A stretch of 64,000 bases of DNA from an uncultured Actinomycetes bacterium (GCA_963725665.1 CAVRZA010000011.1:192001-256000), one strand, 5' to 3'. Counted from the stretch's first letter, positions 9,490-19,515 are shown. The notes: generated by a model from the sequence alone, not told the origin. Program-made: numbers and translations.

Positions 9490-10863
9490 ATGAGGAAGAG
9501 GTTCGAGTACCTGAGACCCGCCACGGTCGAGGAGGCCTGCGACTTCAAGTCGCGCTATGGAGCGGGCGCTCGCTTCCTCGCCGGTGGGACCGACCTGATC
9601 CACGACTGGCGTCGCGAGCAGGTCTCGTTCGACTACTGCATCGACCTGACCTTCATCCCCGGTCTCGACTCCTTCGAGTGGAACGGGGAGCACCTGCGCG
9701 TCGGGTCCCTGGCCAAGCTGTCAACGATCGCCGCGGCGGCGGCGGAACCCGGCCTGCCGGGCTTCTTGGCCTCCGGCGCGCGCCGCATGGGCACGCCCCA
9801 GATCCGCAATCTGGCGACTGTGGGCGGCAACATCTGCCACGCCTCGCCCTGCGCCGACATGGCCGTCATGTTGACGGCACTCGACGGCGAGGCACAGCTG
9901 CAGTCGAGCCGCGGCAGCAGGTCGCTGCCGTTGCGCGAGTTCTTCAAGGGTGTCAACGAGACCGGCGTGGCGGACGATGAGCTGCTCACGGAGGTCCTCG
10001 TGCCGATCCCAGCGGCCCGTACCGAGGCCTCCTACCAGCGCGCCACGCGCACAAGCGTCGACCTCGCCCAGGCCAGCGCGGCGGTCTGCCTGAGCACGGA
10101 CGACGGCACGACCGTGAGCCGGGCGCGCATCGCGATAGGCGCCTGCGCGCCGGTCCCTGTGCGCTCCGATGCCGCCGAGGAGATCCTCGTCGGCCTCGAC
10201 CTGAACGACCGCGACCGCGAGACCATCGAGCTGGCGGCCTCGCGGGCGGAGTGGGAGACGAGCCCGATCTGCGATATCCGCGGCTCCGACGAGTACCGGC
10301 GCGAGGTGAGCAGGGTCCTCGTGCGACGCGCCGTCGAAGACTGTCTGGCGAGAGCTGGTCGGCGTCCCGGCGTCGGTCTAGGAGGGAGTGCACCCATGGC
10401 GACGCTACACGTGAACGGATCGGTGCACGAGCTCGACATCGAGCCGCACGAGACCCTCTCCGAGGTCTTGCGCGAGAAACTCGGCCTGCGCGGGGTGAGG
10501 GTCTCGTGCGGCGAAGGCGAGTGCGGCTCGTGCACCGTGCTCCTCGACGGCCGCCCCGTCACCTCATGCCTGATGCTGGCGCTGCAGGCCGAGGGCAAGG
10601 AGGTCACGACTATCGAGGGCCTAGGCACCGAAGACGATCTGCACCCGATACAGCAGGCGTTCATCGACGAGCAAGGCTTTCAGTGTGGGTTCTGCACGCC
10701 CGGGGTGATCCTGAGCACGAAAGCCTTCCTCGAGACCAATCCCGACCCCACCCCTGCCGAAGCGGCTGCGGCCCTCACCGGTCACATCTGCCGCTGTGGG
10801 GCCTACCCGCACATCGTGCGCTCTGTGATCCACGCGGCGCATCAGAACGGAGGCCCCTCATGA
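9490..10863 (+). CDS. XDH/CODH-family FAD subunit read in frame into the 2Fe-2S subunit (internal ATG at 10396)
   Basis: AGGTDL, QIRNLATVGGN, DIRGS..YR; then CGEGECGSCTV, QCGFCTPG, CRCG. Confidence 0.9.
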   Translation: MRKRFEYLRPATVEEACDFKSRYGAGARFLAGGTDLIHDWRREQVSFDYCIDLTFIPGLDSFEWNGEHLRVGSLAKLSTIAAAAAEPGLPGFLASGARRMGTPQIRNLATVGGNICHASPCADMAVMLTALDGEAQLQSSRGSRSLPLREFFKGVNETGVADDELLTEVLVPIPAARTEASYQRATRTSVDLAQASAAVCLSTDDGTTVSRARIAIGACAPVPVRSDAAEEILVGLDLNDRDRETIELAASRAEWETSPICDIRGSDEYRREVSRVLVRRAVEDCLARAGRRPGVGLGGSAPMATLHVNGSVHELDIEPHETLSEVLREKLGLRGVRVSCGEGECGSCTVLLDGRPVTSCLMLALQAEGKEVTTIEGLGTEDDLHPIQQAFIDEQGFQCGFCTPGVILSTKAFLETNPDPTPAEAAAALTGHICRCGAYPHIVRSVIHAAHQNGGPS

Positions 10864-13307
10864 CTCCCAAGCGCGACTTCACCGTCGTCGGCAAGGCGAT
10901 CCCCGTCAAGGATGCCAGGGAGAAGGTCTGCGGCACGCTCAAGTATCCCGTCGACTTCGCCCTGCCCGGCATGGCCTACGGCAAGATCGTGCGCAGCACG
11001 CAGCCACACGCCCGCATCCTGGGGATCGACGCTGCGCAAGCAGAGGCCCTGCCGGGCTACCTCGGCATCGTCACCCACGAGGACGCCCCCGACCTCGACT
11101 GGCACGGCGTCTGGCTCAACTACATCGGCCACATCTTCGACGGCGTCGCCCGCTTCGCCGGCGACGAGATCGCCGCCGTCGCCGCGACGTCGATGGAGGT
11201 GGCCGAACAGGCAGCCGCGCTGGTCGAGGTCGAGTACGAGCCACTGCCGGCCGTCTTCGACCCCGACGAGGCGCTGCTGCCCGACGCGCCTCAGGTGCAG
11301 GCCGCCGGCAACGCGCGCGAGCCCAACGTGTACGAGTGGGGCGATCTCGAAGCGGGCAAGAGAGCGGCCGACTTCACCGTCGCCGCCGACGTCTCCTTCG
11401 GCAGCCAGCAGATGGCGCCCATCGGGCGCAACGCCGCCATAGCCGAGTGGAACGGCGGCAAGGTGACTCTCTACGCCGGCTCGCAGTCGCCCTCGGAGCT
11501 GCGCGACGGGCTCGCGCAGGCGTTCGGCATCCCGCAGAGCAAGACGCGCGTCGTCGCGCTGCCCCTGGGCGCCTCGTTCGGCGAGTTCTGGAGCAACAAC
11601 TTCATGATGGTCGCGCCTCTACTGGCAAAGAAGATCCGCCGGCCGGTGAAGATCGAGCTCACCAACGAGGAGTGCATGGCCTTCGTCAAGCGGCGCCACA
11701 AGGAGCACTGCCGAGCCAGCATGGGCTGCATGAGGGATGGCGAGATCACCTTCATCGACGTCTACCACATCATGGACAACGGCGCCTACGGCTTCAAAGT
11801 CGAGGTCGGCTACTTCAACATCGACAACTGGGGCGCTCGCGCAAGGAGCGGCCGCTACGAGTGCCAGGGGGTCTCGACGAACCTCGTGACCGGCGGCTGC
11901 ATGCGCGGCGTGGGCGACGTCACCATGGGCTCGATCGTCGAGCGGCTGGCCGACCAGCTCGCCGAGAAGATCGGTATGGACCCTGTCGAGTTCCGCATCC
12001 GCAACCAGATCAAGCCGGGCGATCCGCTGCGCCAGACATGGGCGAAGACCCTCATGCGTCACGACGAGGAGGGCTACCGCAAGCTGGTGCGGGAGTCGGC
12101 GCGTGAGGCGCCGCCCGAGCTGCTCGAAAGTTGGCCCAAGCTCTTCCACCTCTCCTCGGGATGCAGTGAGGGCATTCTGCGCAAGGGCGCCGAAGCCTTC
12201 GGCTGGAAGGACAAGTTCGTCGGCTGGGCCAAGCCCTACTACGCAGAGGGACCCAAGCGGCGCGCCGTCGGTGTCGGCACCGGGATCCACCTCTGCGGCG
12301 AAGAGATGGAGGGCAACACCGACGCCGTGGTGCGCCTCATGAAGGACGGCAGCGCCAAGGTCTGCTGCTCCATCGGACGCCACGGCACCTGCGCCGACAC
12401 TACGCAGGCGCAGATCGCCGCCGAGACCCTGGGCATCCCCATCGACAAGGTCGAGGTCGAGACCGGGGACACCGACGCCTGCCCGTGGAGTCGAGGCTCC
12501 CTGGCCAGCACGACACTCTTCCGCACGGGCTTCAAGGTCTGGGCGGCCTGCCTCGACGCCAAACGTCAGCTCCTCGAGCTGGCGGCGCGCGAGTTCTTCG
12601 ACAACGAGCCGTCGCGTCTGGAGATCAGAGAAGGCTACATCCAGTACGTCGACCGCAGCGGCCCCCACGCCGGACGCTGCACCACTTGCAGCACCGGCGT
12701 GAGCAGCATCTCGATCCCCGACGTGATGATGCACTTCCGCTCCGACGCCCTGGGCCCGACCGACAGCATCACGGGGCGGCCGGCCTTCCCCATGCCCCCG
12801 TCGACGGCCTTCTCGCGCCACTTTGCGGCGCAGTTCGCCGAAGTCGAGGTCGACGTCGAGACGGGCGAGGTCAAGCTGCTGGACTACCTCGTGGCGCAGG
12901 ACAGCGGCACCATCATCAATCCCAAGGTCTTCGAGGGGCAGATCATCGGCGGGGCGACGCTCGGCGCGGGCTTCGCGCTGTCCGAGATGCTGGCCTTCGA
13001 CGACGAGGGGCGCATTCTGAACGCCAACCTGACCGACTACAAGGTCCCGCGCATGACCGACTTCCCGGTGTGGACGAAGACGCTCTGGGAAGAAGACTAC
13101 GACCCGGTGGGGCCGTTCGGGGCGCGTTCGGCCGGCGAGGCGCCGATCGCCGCCGCACCCGCAGCGATCGCGCAGGCCGTTCACAACGCCACCGGCGTCT
13201 GGGTGAACCTCCCCATGACGCCCGAGCGCGTCCTCGACGCCCTGCGGGAGCACAAGAAGGCCGAGGAGAGGCGGCCGCGGACTCCGGTCCCGGCGCCGGC
13301 CCGCTGA
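10860..13307 (+). CDS. Xanthine dehydrogenase family molybdopterin-binding large subunit
   Basis: PHARI, DNGAY, MRGVG, MDPVEFR, QIAAETLG, EVEVDVETG, INP..EGQ..GG, DY, GPFGARSAGE. Confidence 0.92.
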   Translation: MTPKRDFTVVGKAIPVKDAREKVCGTLKYPVDFALPGMAYGKIVRSTQPHARILGIDAAQAEALPGYLGIVTHEDAPDLDWHGVWLNYIGHIFDGVARFAGDEIAAVAATSMEVAEQAAALVEVEYEPLPAVFDPDEALLPDAPQVQAAGNAREPNVYEWGDLEAGKRAADFTVAADVSFGSQQMAPIGRNAAIAEWNGGKVTLYAGSQSPSELRDGLAQAFGIPQSKTRVVALPLGASFGEFWSNNFMMVAPLLAKKIRRPVKIELTNEECMAFVKRRHKEHCRASMGCMRDGEITFIDVYHIMDNGAYGFKVEVGYFNIDNWGARARSGRYECQGVSTNLVTGGCMRGVGDVTMGSIVERLADQLAEKIGMDPVEFRIRNQIKPGDPLRQTWAKTLMRHDEEGYRKLVRESAREAPPELLESWPKLFHLSSGCSEGILRKGAEAFGWKDKFVGWAKPYYAEGPKRRAVGVGTGIHLCGEEMEGNTDAVVRLMKDGSAKVCCSIGRHGTCADTTQAQIAAETLGIPIDKVEVETGDTDACPWSRGSLASTTLFRTGFKVWAACLDAKRQLLELAAREFFDNEPSRLEIREGYIQYVDRSGPHAGRCTTCSTGVSSISIPDVMMHFRSDALGPTDSITGRPAFPMPPSTAFSRHFAAQFAEVEVDVETGEVKLLDYLVAQDSGTIINPKVFEGQIIGGATLGAGFALSEMLAFDDEGRILNANLTDYKVPRMTDFPVWTKTLWEEDYDPVGPFGARSAGEAPIAAAPAAIAQAVHNATGVWVNLPMTPERVLDALREHKKAEERRPRTPVPAPAR

Positions 13308-13375
13308 GGCGGGACGCGCCGGGACGATGGCGGCCGCCTCGCAGGCGGCCGGGCGGCAGACCCCCTCCTTCGTAA

Positions 13376-13407
13376 GGCGGGGCGAGGCCCTCGGGCCTCG
13401 CCCCGCC
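13376..13407 (+). terminator. Hairpin after the Mo-hydroxylase operon
   Basis: Perfect 15-bp inverted repeat. Confidence 0.65.
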
Positions 13408-13475
13408 ACCGCCCTGTTCTCTCCCGGGCGAAGGTTGTAGCCTGCCCTCTGCAGCGCATCCCCCTGACGATCGAC

Positions 13476-15140
13476 GTGTTCGGAGGCGTGGTGCCGCAGG
13501 GCGACTACCTGACCGTCGGCGAGCTCGTGACCGAGACCGGCCTCGAGCTCCACCTCCTCACGGGCGAGGTAGGGCTGGAGCGGGCCGTGCAGGGCATCCA
13601 CCTAGCCGACTACGATGATCCCACTCCGTGGATGGCGACCGGCACCGTGCTCATCACCACGGGCGCTCCGTTCGCCGACTCGCCCGAGAAGGCGGTGCGC
13701 TTCCTCGACAGGATCGCCGAGAAAGACACCGTGGCGCTGGGTGTCGGCACGGGGCATAACCTCGATCACGTTTGCCTCGAGATGGTCGAACACGCCCGCC
13801 GCTTGCGCATCGCGGTCTTCGAGATCCCGCCCAGTGTGCCGTTCCGCACAATCTTCGCCTACGTCTACAACGCCCTTGCCTCGAGCGACATGCACCGCCT
13901 CCGTCGTACCTTGGCCGTGCAGGGACAGCTCCTCGACCTCCTCATTGACGAGAAGGGCATCGGCGAGGTCCTCTCCCGTCTTGCGCGCATCCTCGAGATG
14001 CGGGTGGTGCTCTTCGACAGCAGCGGCGCGGTAGTGGCGCGGGCCGGCAGCGAACCCCCAGACGAGGCCACGATCGAGCGTATCTGGAACACTTACACCT
14101 CGACCCAGGACCTGGGACCGCTGGGCATCCTCGAGGTCGAGCACGGCCGCTTCCACATCCGGCGCGTGCTCGTGCATGGCGTCGTTGAGCGCGTGCTGGC
14201 CGCCGTGGTGGAGCAGCCGGCGGCCTCGTCGGAGTTCGCCGAGCTCGCCCTCTCGTACGCGCAGCGTCTCATCGCGCTCGACCTGCAGCGCGAACGCGAG
14301 CAGCACACCCTGAGGCGACGCATGCGGGCCATCCTCCTCGACGACCTGCTCTCGCGGGACGAGGTCGACCGCGACCTGTCGCAGCGGTTGCTAGACCACG
14401 GGATCGACCTCGACCACGCCTGGCGCGTCGTCGTCTGCTGGGTCGACCACTTCGCCCTCGCACCCGGAGAGGAGCAGCCCGGCGAGCGCGAGTCCTATCG
14501 CCTCAAGACCGAGTTGCAGGCGGCCCTCGAGGCGTCTCTCACCGCGCACCGCATCCCCTGCATCAGCATGGTGAAGGGCGAGGCCGTCGTCGCACTCTGC
14601 GTCTTCGACGGTCTCGAGGCGCTCGAGGTGCACGACAGGCTGGTCGAGCTGCGGCAGGCGATCAGCGATCGCCTGCCGCAGCTCGTCACCAGCCTCGGCG
14701 CCTCGTCCTCGGCACGCGGCCAGCTCGGGCCGGCGGCGGCCTTCCGTCAGGCGCGTGAGGCAGTGCGCGCCGCCGGGCAGGGGATCGCCGTCCTCCAGCG
14801 GGTCGTGCTCTTCGAGATGGCCGGAGGGCGGTTCCGCCTGCTCAAGGGCCAGAGCGACGAGTCACTGCGCTCCCTGTGCGAACGCCTCGTCGTCCCCCTC
14901 GTGGAGCACGACCGCCAGCACCACACCTCGCTGATGCCGACACTGCGCACGTTCTTCGACAACCGGCTCTCGGTGCACCAGACGGCCGACGCCCTCTTCA
15001 TCCACCGCAACACGCTGGGCAAGCGGCTGCACCGCATCGAGGAGCTACTCGACGTCGACCTGGCACAGATCGACGACGTCTTCGAGCTCTACCTCGCCCT
15101 GCGCGCCGCCGAGTTGCTCGAGAGCGTCAACACGCTCTGA
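13476..15140 (+). CDS. PucR/CdaR family transcriptional regulator
   Basis: N-terminal PucR ligand domain (DPTPWMATGTVLITTG), C-terminal TADALFIHRNTL..RL.RI HTH. Confidence 0.92.
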   Translation: MFGGVVPQGDYLTVGELVTETGLELHLLTGEVGLERAVQGIHLADYDDPTPWMATGTVLITTGAPFADSPEKAVRFLDRIAEKDTVALGVGTGHNLDHVCLEMVEHARRLRIAVFEIPPSVPFRTIFAYVYNALASSDMHRLRRTLAVQGQLLDLLIDEKGIGEVLSRLARILEMRVVLFDSSGAVVARAGSEPPDEATIERIWNTYTSTQDLGPLGILEVEHGRFHIRRVLVHGVVERVLAAVVEQPAASSEFAELALSYAQRLIALDLQREREQHTLRRRMRAILLDDLLSRDEVDRDLSQRLLDHGIDLDHAWRVVVCWVDHFALAPGEEQPGERESYRLKTELQAALEASLTAHRIPCISMVKGEAVVALCVFDGLEALEVHDRLVELRQAISDRLPQLVTSLGASSSARGQLGPAAAFRQAREAVRAAGQGIAVLQRVVLFEMAGGRFRLLKGQSDESLRSLCERLVVPLVEHDRQHHTSLMPTLRTFFDNRLSVHQTADALFIHRNTLGKRLHRIEELLDVDLAQIDDVFELYLALRAAELLESVNTL

Positions 15141-15141
15141 T

Positions 15142-15216
15142 TGTGCATCTGCCCACCACCTGGCGCGAAGAGTGTGCTCCTGCTGTGCGGTTCGCCACGG
15201 CCCTCGGCCCTAGATT
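15142..15216 (+). promoter_or_regulatory. Putative PucR operator site B with -10 box TAGATT
   Basis: TGTGCATCTGCCCA, TGTGC at +31, TAGATT 38 bp after the second half-site. Confidence 0.6.
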
Positions 15217-15349
15217 GCGGACGACGACACGAGTGGCGGTGCGCGACGCCACGGCCGCGACGCAGCGCGACGACTGAGGCGCAGGCGAGCGGGCCGGTGG
15301 CCGGCACGGACGGACCGTGCGCGCGGGCCGCTGGGGAGGTAGGTGGTCG

Positions 15350-16054
15350 ATGAGCGCAAGCGGATCGGACGGCCGCGCGGCCGTGGTCACCGGTGCCACG
15401 GGGGTGATCGGCGGTGCGGTCGTCGCTCGCCTGCAGGCCGAGGGCTTCACCGTTGCCGGTCTGGACCTGGGACACGGCGGCGGCGACCTGTCGCTCGTGG
15501 TCGACGTGACCGACCGCGAGGCGATGAGAGCCGCCGCCGAACGAGTCACACGGGAGCTGGGCACCATCGAGGTGCTCGTCACCGCACACGGCTACCACGC
15601 CGCCGCCGCCTTCGGTGAGATGAGCCGCGACGACTGGCGGCGGCTGCTCGACACGCACCTGGGAGGCACGGTCAACGCCTGCGCCGCGGTCGTCCCCGGC
15701 ATGGTCGCCGCGGGACTGGGCACGGTCGTGACGACGTCCTCGTGGATCGCCCTCGCCGGCGTGCCGGGCGAGGCCTACTACGCGGCCGCGACCGGCGCCA
15801 TCCTCGCCTTCACCAAGAGCTTCTCGCTCGAGGTGGCGCCCAAGGGGGTACGCGTGAACTGCATCGCCATCGGGCCGGTCGAGACAGGCACGGGAGCGAA
15901 GAGCTTCAGCCCCGGCCAGCCGGCGCCGGCGGAGCTGCCGCTGCGGCGGTACGTCACGCCTGAGGAGATCGCCGACACGGTCTCCTTCCTCATCAGGGAC
16001 GGCGACTTCATGGTCGGCCAGGTCTTCACGCCGGCCGCCGGGGCGGTGGTCTGA
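15350..16054 (+). CDS. SDR family oxidoreductase (atypical YxxxT)
   Basis: TGATGVIG, YYAAAT in place of YxxxK, VRVNCIA. Confidence 0.85.
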   Translation: MSASGSDGRAAVVTGATGVIGGAVVARLQAEGFTVAGLDLGHGGGDLSLVVDVTDREAMRAAAERVTRELGTIEVLVTAHGYHAAAAFGEMSRDDWRRLLDTHLGGTVNACAAVVPGMVAAGLGTVVTTSSWIALAGVPGEAYYAAATGAILAFTKSFSLEVAPKGVRVNCIAIGPVETGTGAKSFSPGQPAPAELPLRRYVTPEEIADTVSFLIRDGDFMVGQVFTPAAGAVV

Positions 16055-16055
16055 C

Positions 16056-16817
16056 ATGGGCGTGCTCGAAGACACCGTCTGCCTGGTCACCGGCGCCGCG
16101 CAGGGCATCGGCAAGGGCATCGTGATCCGCATGGCCCAGGAGGGCGCCCGTGTCGCGGTGAACGCGCGCCTCGACGACGCCCGGCTCACGGCCGTTGTCG
16201 ACGAGATGGGCGGTTACCCGGCGCCCTTCGACATCGCCGACCCCGACGCCAACAGGGCCATGGTCGCGGACGTGGAGGCCAGTCTGGGTCCCATCGAGGT
16301 GCTCGTCTGCAACGCGGCGCGCATGACCATGATGCCCTTCCTGGAGCAGCCGCCGGAGCAGTGGTGGGAGCAGATCCGCGTCAACCTCACGGGGCACATG
16401 GACCTCATCACCAAGGTCCTCCCCGGCATGCGCAAGCTGGGCCGTGGCAGGATCGTCCTCATCAGCTCGCTCTGGGGACCGATCGGCTGGGAGAACGCCA
16501 CCGGCTACGCCTCGACCAAGTCGGCGCTGATCGCGCTCGGGCGCTCGCTCGGAAAGGAGCTCGCGCCCGAGCACATCTACGTGACCGTCGTGGCACCGGG
16601 GATCATCGACACCCCCCAGCTCCAGGTCGACGCCGACGACGCCGGCGTCACGCTCCAGGAGATGCACGCCATCTACGCCAAGAACATCCCCGCGGGTCGC
16701 ATCGGCACGCCCGACGACGTGGCGCGCGCGGTCGTCTTTCTCTCGACCGAGACCGCCGGCGCCTACGTGGGGCAGACCCTCCATCCGAACGGTGGTGAGA
16801 TCAGATGCTCGATGTGA
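16056..16817 (+). CDS. SDR family oxidoreductase
   Basis: TGAAQGIG, CNAA, YASTK, PGIIDT. Confidence 0.9.
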   Translation: MGVLEDTVCLVTGAAQGIGKGIVIRMAQEGARVAVNARLDDARLTAVVDEMGGYPAPFDIADPDANRAMVADVEASLGPIEVLVCNAARMTMMPFLEQPPEQWWEQIRVNLTGHMDLITKVLPGMRKLGRGRIVLISSLWGPIGWENATGYASTKSALIALGRSLGKELAPEHIYVTVVAPGIIDTPQLQVDADDAGVTLQEMHAIYAKNIPAGRIGTPDDVARAVVFLSTETAGAYVGQTLHPNGGEIRCSM

Positions 16818-17857
16818 ACGCCACGTGGCGCTACGCGCCGGTGCAGGCCTGGAAGGGCGACGCGGCGGCGCTCGCGATCCTCAGCTTCGACGTCGACGCC
16901 GAGACGCCGCTGCTCGCCGCGGGGGAGAAGTACACGCAGCACCTCTCGACGATGTCGCACCAGGCCTACGGGCCGACAATCGGCGTGCCGCGCATCATCA
17001 GGATGCTGGCGCGGCACGGCAAGCCAGCGACGTTCTTCGTCCCCGGCTGGACGGCCGAGCACTACCCGCGCTGCATGGAGGCGATCCTCGAGTCGGGGCA
17101 CGAGATCGCCCTGCACGGCTACACGCATCGCCCACCCTGCTACAACACCGCCGACGAGCAGCGCGCCGAGATCGAGAAGGGGCTCGCCGCCTTCGAGAAG
17201 TTCGGCGTCAAGCCCTTCGGCTACCGCGCCCCGATGTGGCAGACGTCGAAGCACACGCTGGAGATGCTGGGTGAGTACGGCATGCGCTACGACTCCTCCC
17301 TGATGGACGACGACCGGCCCTACCTGCTCGACACACCCTCTGGGCGGATCGCCGAGATGTGCCCCCAGTGGTACCTCGACGACTGGGAGCAGTACGTCTA
17401 TGTGCCCGATCCCGACATGGGGGCGACCATCAACCGACCCAGCGTCGTCGCCCAATTATGGATCGAGGAGCTCGAAGGCGAGCGCGAGACGGGCTCGCTG
17501 CTCATGCTCACCTGCCACCCCTTCGCCAGCGGCCGGCCGGGACGCATCAAGGCCATCGAGAAGCTGATCGACTTCGCCGACGAGTGCGGGGACGTGGCCT
17601 TCACGCGCGCCGACGAGCTGGCGCGCAAGCTGCTGGCGGTACCCGACGCCGCAGCTCAGCGACGAGCGGCCGGAGTGAACCGCCGACTTGCGGCGACGAG
17701 CGGTGTGCAGGAGCTGAGCGTCCTGCAGGAAGTGTGGGCACCTGCACCTCGCCACGATGGAGTCCCGAGCCATATGCTCACGGCGAATAGGTACAAACGG
17801 TGGCCGAAGCGGGTATCTTGTCGAGCGTTGTCCCGCCTCTCGGAGGAGGTGCCGTAA
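16805..17857 (+). CDS. Polysaccharide deacetylase family (PuuE/HpPgdA-like) hydrolase; true C-terminus probably near 17677
   Basis: SFDVDAE, ATFFVPG, HEIALHGYTH, GYRAP, YDSSLM, DDW, HPF; last ~60 aa look non-coding and overlap operator site C. Confidence 0.85.
   Translation: MLDVNATWRYAPVQAWKGDAAALAILSFDVDAETPLLAAGEKYTQHLSTMSHQAYGPTIGVPRIIRMLARHGKPATFFVPGWTAEHYPRCMEAILESGHEIALHGYTHRPPCYNTADEQRAEIEKGLAAFEKFGVKPFGYRAPMWQTSKHTLEMLGEYGMRYDSSLMDDDRPYLLDTPSGRIAEMCPQWYLDDWEQYVYVPDPDMGATINRPSVVAQLWIEELEGERETGSLLMLTCHPFASGRPGRIKAIEKLIDFADECGDVAFTRADELARKLLAVPDAAAQRRAAGVNRRLAATSGVQELSVLQEVWAPAPRHDGVPSHMLTANRYKRWPKRVSCRALSRLSEEVP
17704..17778 (+). promoter_or_regulatory. Putative PucR operator site C with -10 box TATGCT, upstream of the permease operon
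   Basis: TGTGCA at 17704, TGGGCACCTGCACC at +31, TATGCT 38 bp after the second half-site. Confidence 0.55.
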
Positions 17858-17949
17858 GCGATGCGCTTGACATCGTCTCGCAAGGCTACCGACCACCCGG
17901 CGCCGCCGGCGCCGGATCTTACGTCGCAATCCAGACAAGGGGGACTGCA

Positions 17950-19482
17950 TTGAGTGACATCACGGCCCCGCCGCGGGGCAACTCAGGCGAGGCGGAGGCT
18001 CAGAGACTAGGCTACAAGCAGGAGCTGAGGCGCGAGTTCGGCTTCTTCCACGCGTTCGCCATCAGTTTCGCCGACACGTCGCTGATCGTCGCCTTCTACG
18101 GCTCCTTCGCGCTGGCACTGGGGGCGGCAGGCCCCACCTTCTTCTGGGGCATGATCGCCGTCCTGCATCTTCCAGATCCTGGTCGTCCTCGTCCTCGGCG
18201 AGGTGTCCAGCCGCTACCCGCTCGAGGGCGGCATCTACCAGTGGACACTCGAACAGACGGGGGCCACCTCCGGGTGGTTCTCGGCCTGGGCGTACTGGTG
18301 GACGATGGTCTTCACCATGACGAGCTGCGCCTATGCGTCGGCGAGCTTCCTGCTGCCCGGCCTCGGCTTCGACACCGCGGACGAAGGGCTGGTTCATCGC
18401 CGTCGCGGCCGTCATCGTGCTCTTCGGCCTCGCCATCAACAGCATCGCACAGTGTGATCCTCAAGGTATTCGTGACCATCCTGCTCATCGCGGAGGTGAC
18501 GACCACCATCGGCCTCTCCTTGGTGTTCTTCTTCGGCTACCGGGAACACGGCTTCAGCACCTTGTTTCACTCCTTCAACACCGCCGGCAACAGTACGTTC
18601 AACTGGGTCTGGATCGGCTTCTTCGGCGCCATCGCCTTCATGGGCTGGACGTTCCTAGGCTTCGAGGCGGCAGGCTCCATCGCCGAGGAGGTACACGAGC
18701 CGGCCAAGAACGTGCCGCGGGCGATGATCGCGGTGTGCGTCGGCATCGGCATCATCACGCTGTTCGTCACGGTCGCCTTCATCCTCGCCATCCCCAACAT
18801 CAGCGACGCCATGACGGGCAACATCGCCGACCCCGTGATACAGACGCATCACCTTCCACCTCGGCACCGGCTATCGAGAAGCCGCTGCTCGATCATGATC
18901 TCGCTCGGCTTCATGGGCAGCATGGTGGCCTTGCACATGGCGGGCTCGCGCACTCTGTACTCATTCGGGCGCGACAAGATGATCCCCGGCTCGAGCTATG
19001 CCACCATCCTGAGCAAGAACCGCAAGCTCCCGTGGGTGGCCCTCAGCTTCACCTCGGCCATCTCGATCGTCATCCTGCTCGTCAACATCGGCGCGGAGCG
19101 GGTGTTCACGACGCTGTTGCAGATCTCGGCCGCCGGCTTCTTCATCTCGTACGGCTTCGTCGTCATCTCGCAGTTGGTGACGCATATCAACAAGCGTCAC
19201 TCGCACGGGCCGTTCAGTCTGGGCAGGTGGAGCTACCCCATCACGTGGATCGCCTCGGTCTGGATCGTCTTCGAGATCATCAACCTGATGTGGCCGCGCA
19301 GCGCCGTCGCTCCCCTGGTACCAGAACTGGGGCGTGATCACGATCACGGCTGTCCTGACCGTCGCCGGCGCTATCGTGTTCCTCGTCGTGCCGAAGGAAG
19401 GGGGACACGTCGGGCGAGCCGCCCAAGGAGGAGATCGCCGAAGGCGCGGCCTTCGCCGATCATCCGGCCGATTGACGCCTGA
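17950..19482 (+). CDS. APC family amino acid/amine permease (several apparent frameshifts)
   Basis: LGYKQELRR, SRYPLEGGIYQW, GFEAAGSIAEE, SRTLYSFGRD, GPFSLGRW distributed over frames. Confidence 0.85.
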   Translation: MSDITAPPRGNSGEAEAQRLGYKQELRREFGFFHAFAISFADTSLIVAFYGSFALALGAAGPTFFWGMIAVLHLPDPGRPRPRRGVQPLPARGRHLPVDTRTDGGHLRVVLGLGVLVDDGLHHDELRLCVGELPAARPRLRHRGRRAGSSPSRPSSCSSASPSTASHSVILKVFVTILLIAEVTTTIGLSLVFFFGYREHGFSTLFHSFNTAGNSTFNWVWIGFFGAIAFMGWTFLGFEAAGSIAEEVHEPAKNVPRAMIAVCVGIGIITLFVTVAFILAIPNISDAMTGNIADPVIQTHHLPPRHRLSRSRCSIMISLGFMGSMVALHMAGSRTLYSFGRDKMIPGSSYATILSKNRKLPWVALSFTSAISIVILLVNIGAERVFTTLLQISAAGFFISYGFVVISQLVTHINKRHSHGPFSLGRWSYPITWIASVWIVFEIINLMWPRSAVAPLVPELGRDHDHGCPDRRRRYRVPRRAEGRGTRRASRPRRRSPKARPSPIIRPIDA

Positions 19483-19515
19483 CACGCACACGACCTAGAC
19501 AAGCGACGAGACGCA

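Noticed and set aside
11619-13601. Long antisense/alternative-frame ORFs (e.g. 11619..13601, 30978..32549, 51357..53066)
   Set aside because: Shadow ORFs of high-GC codon bias opposite or overlapping well-supported genes
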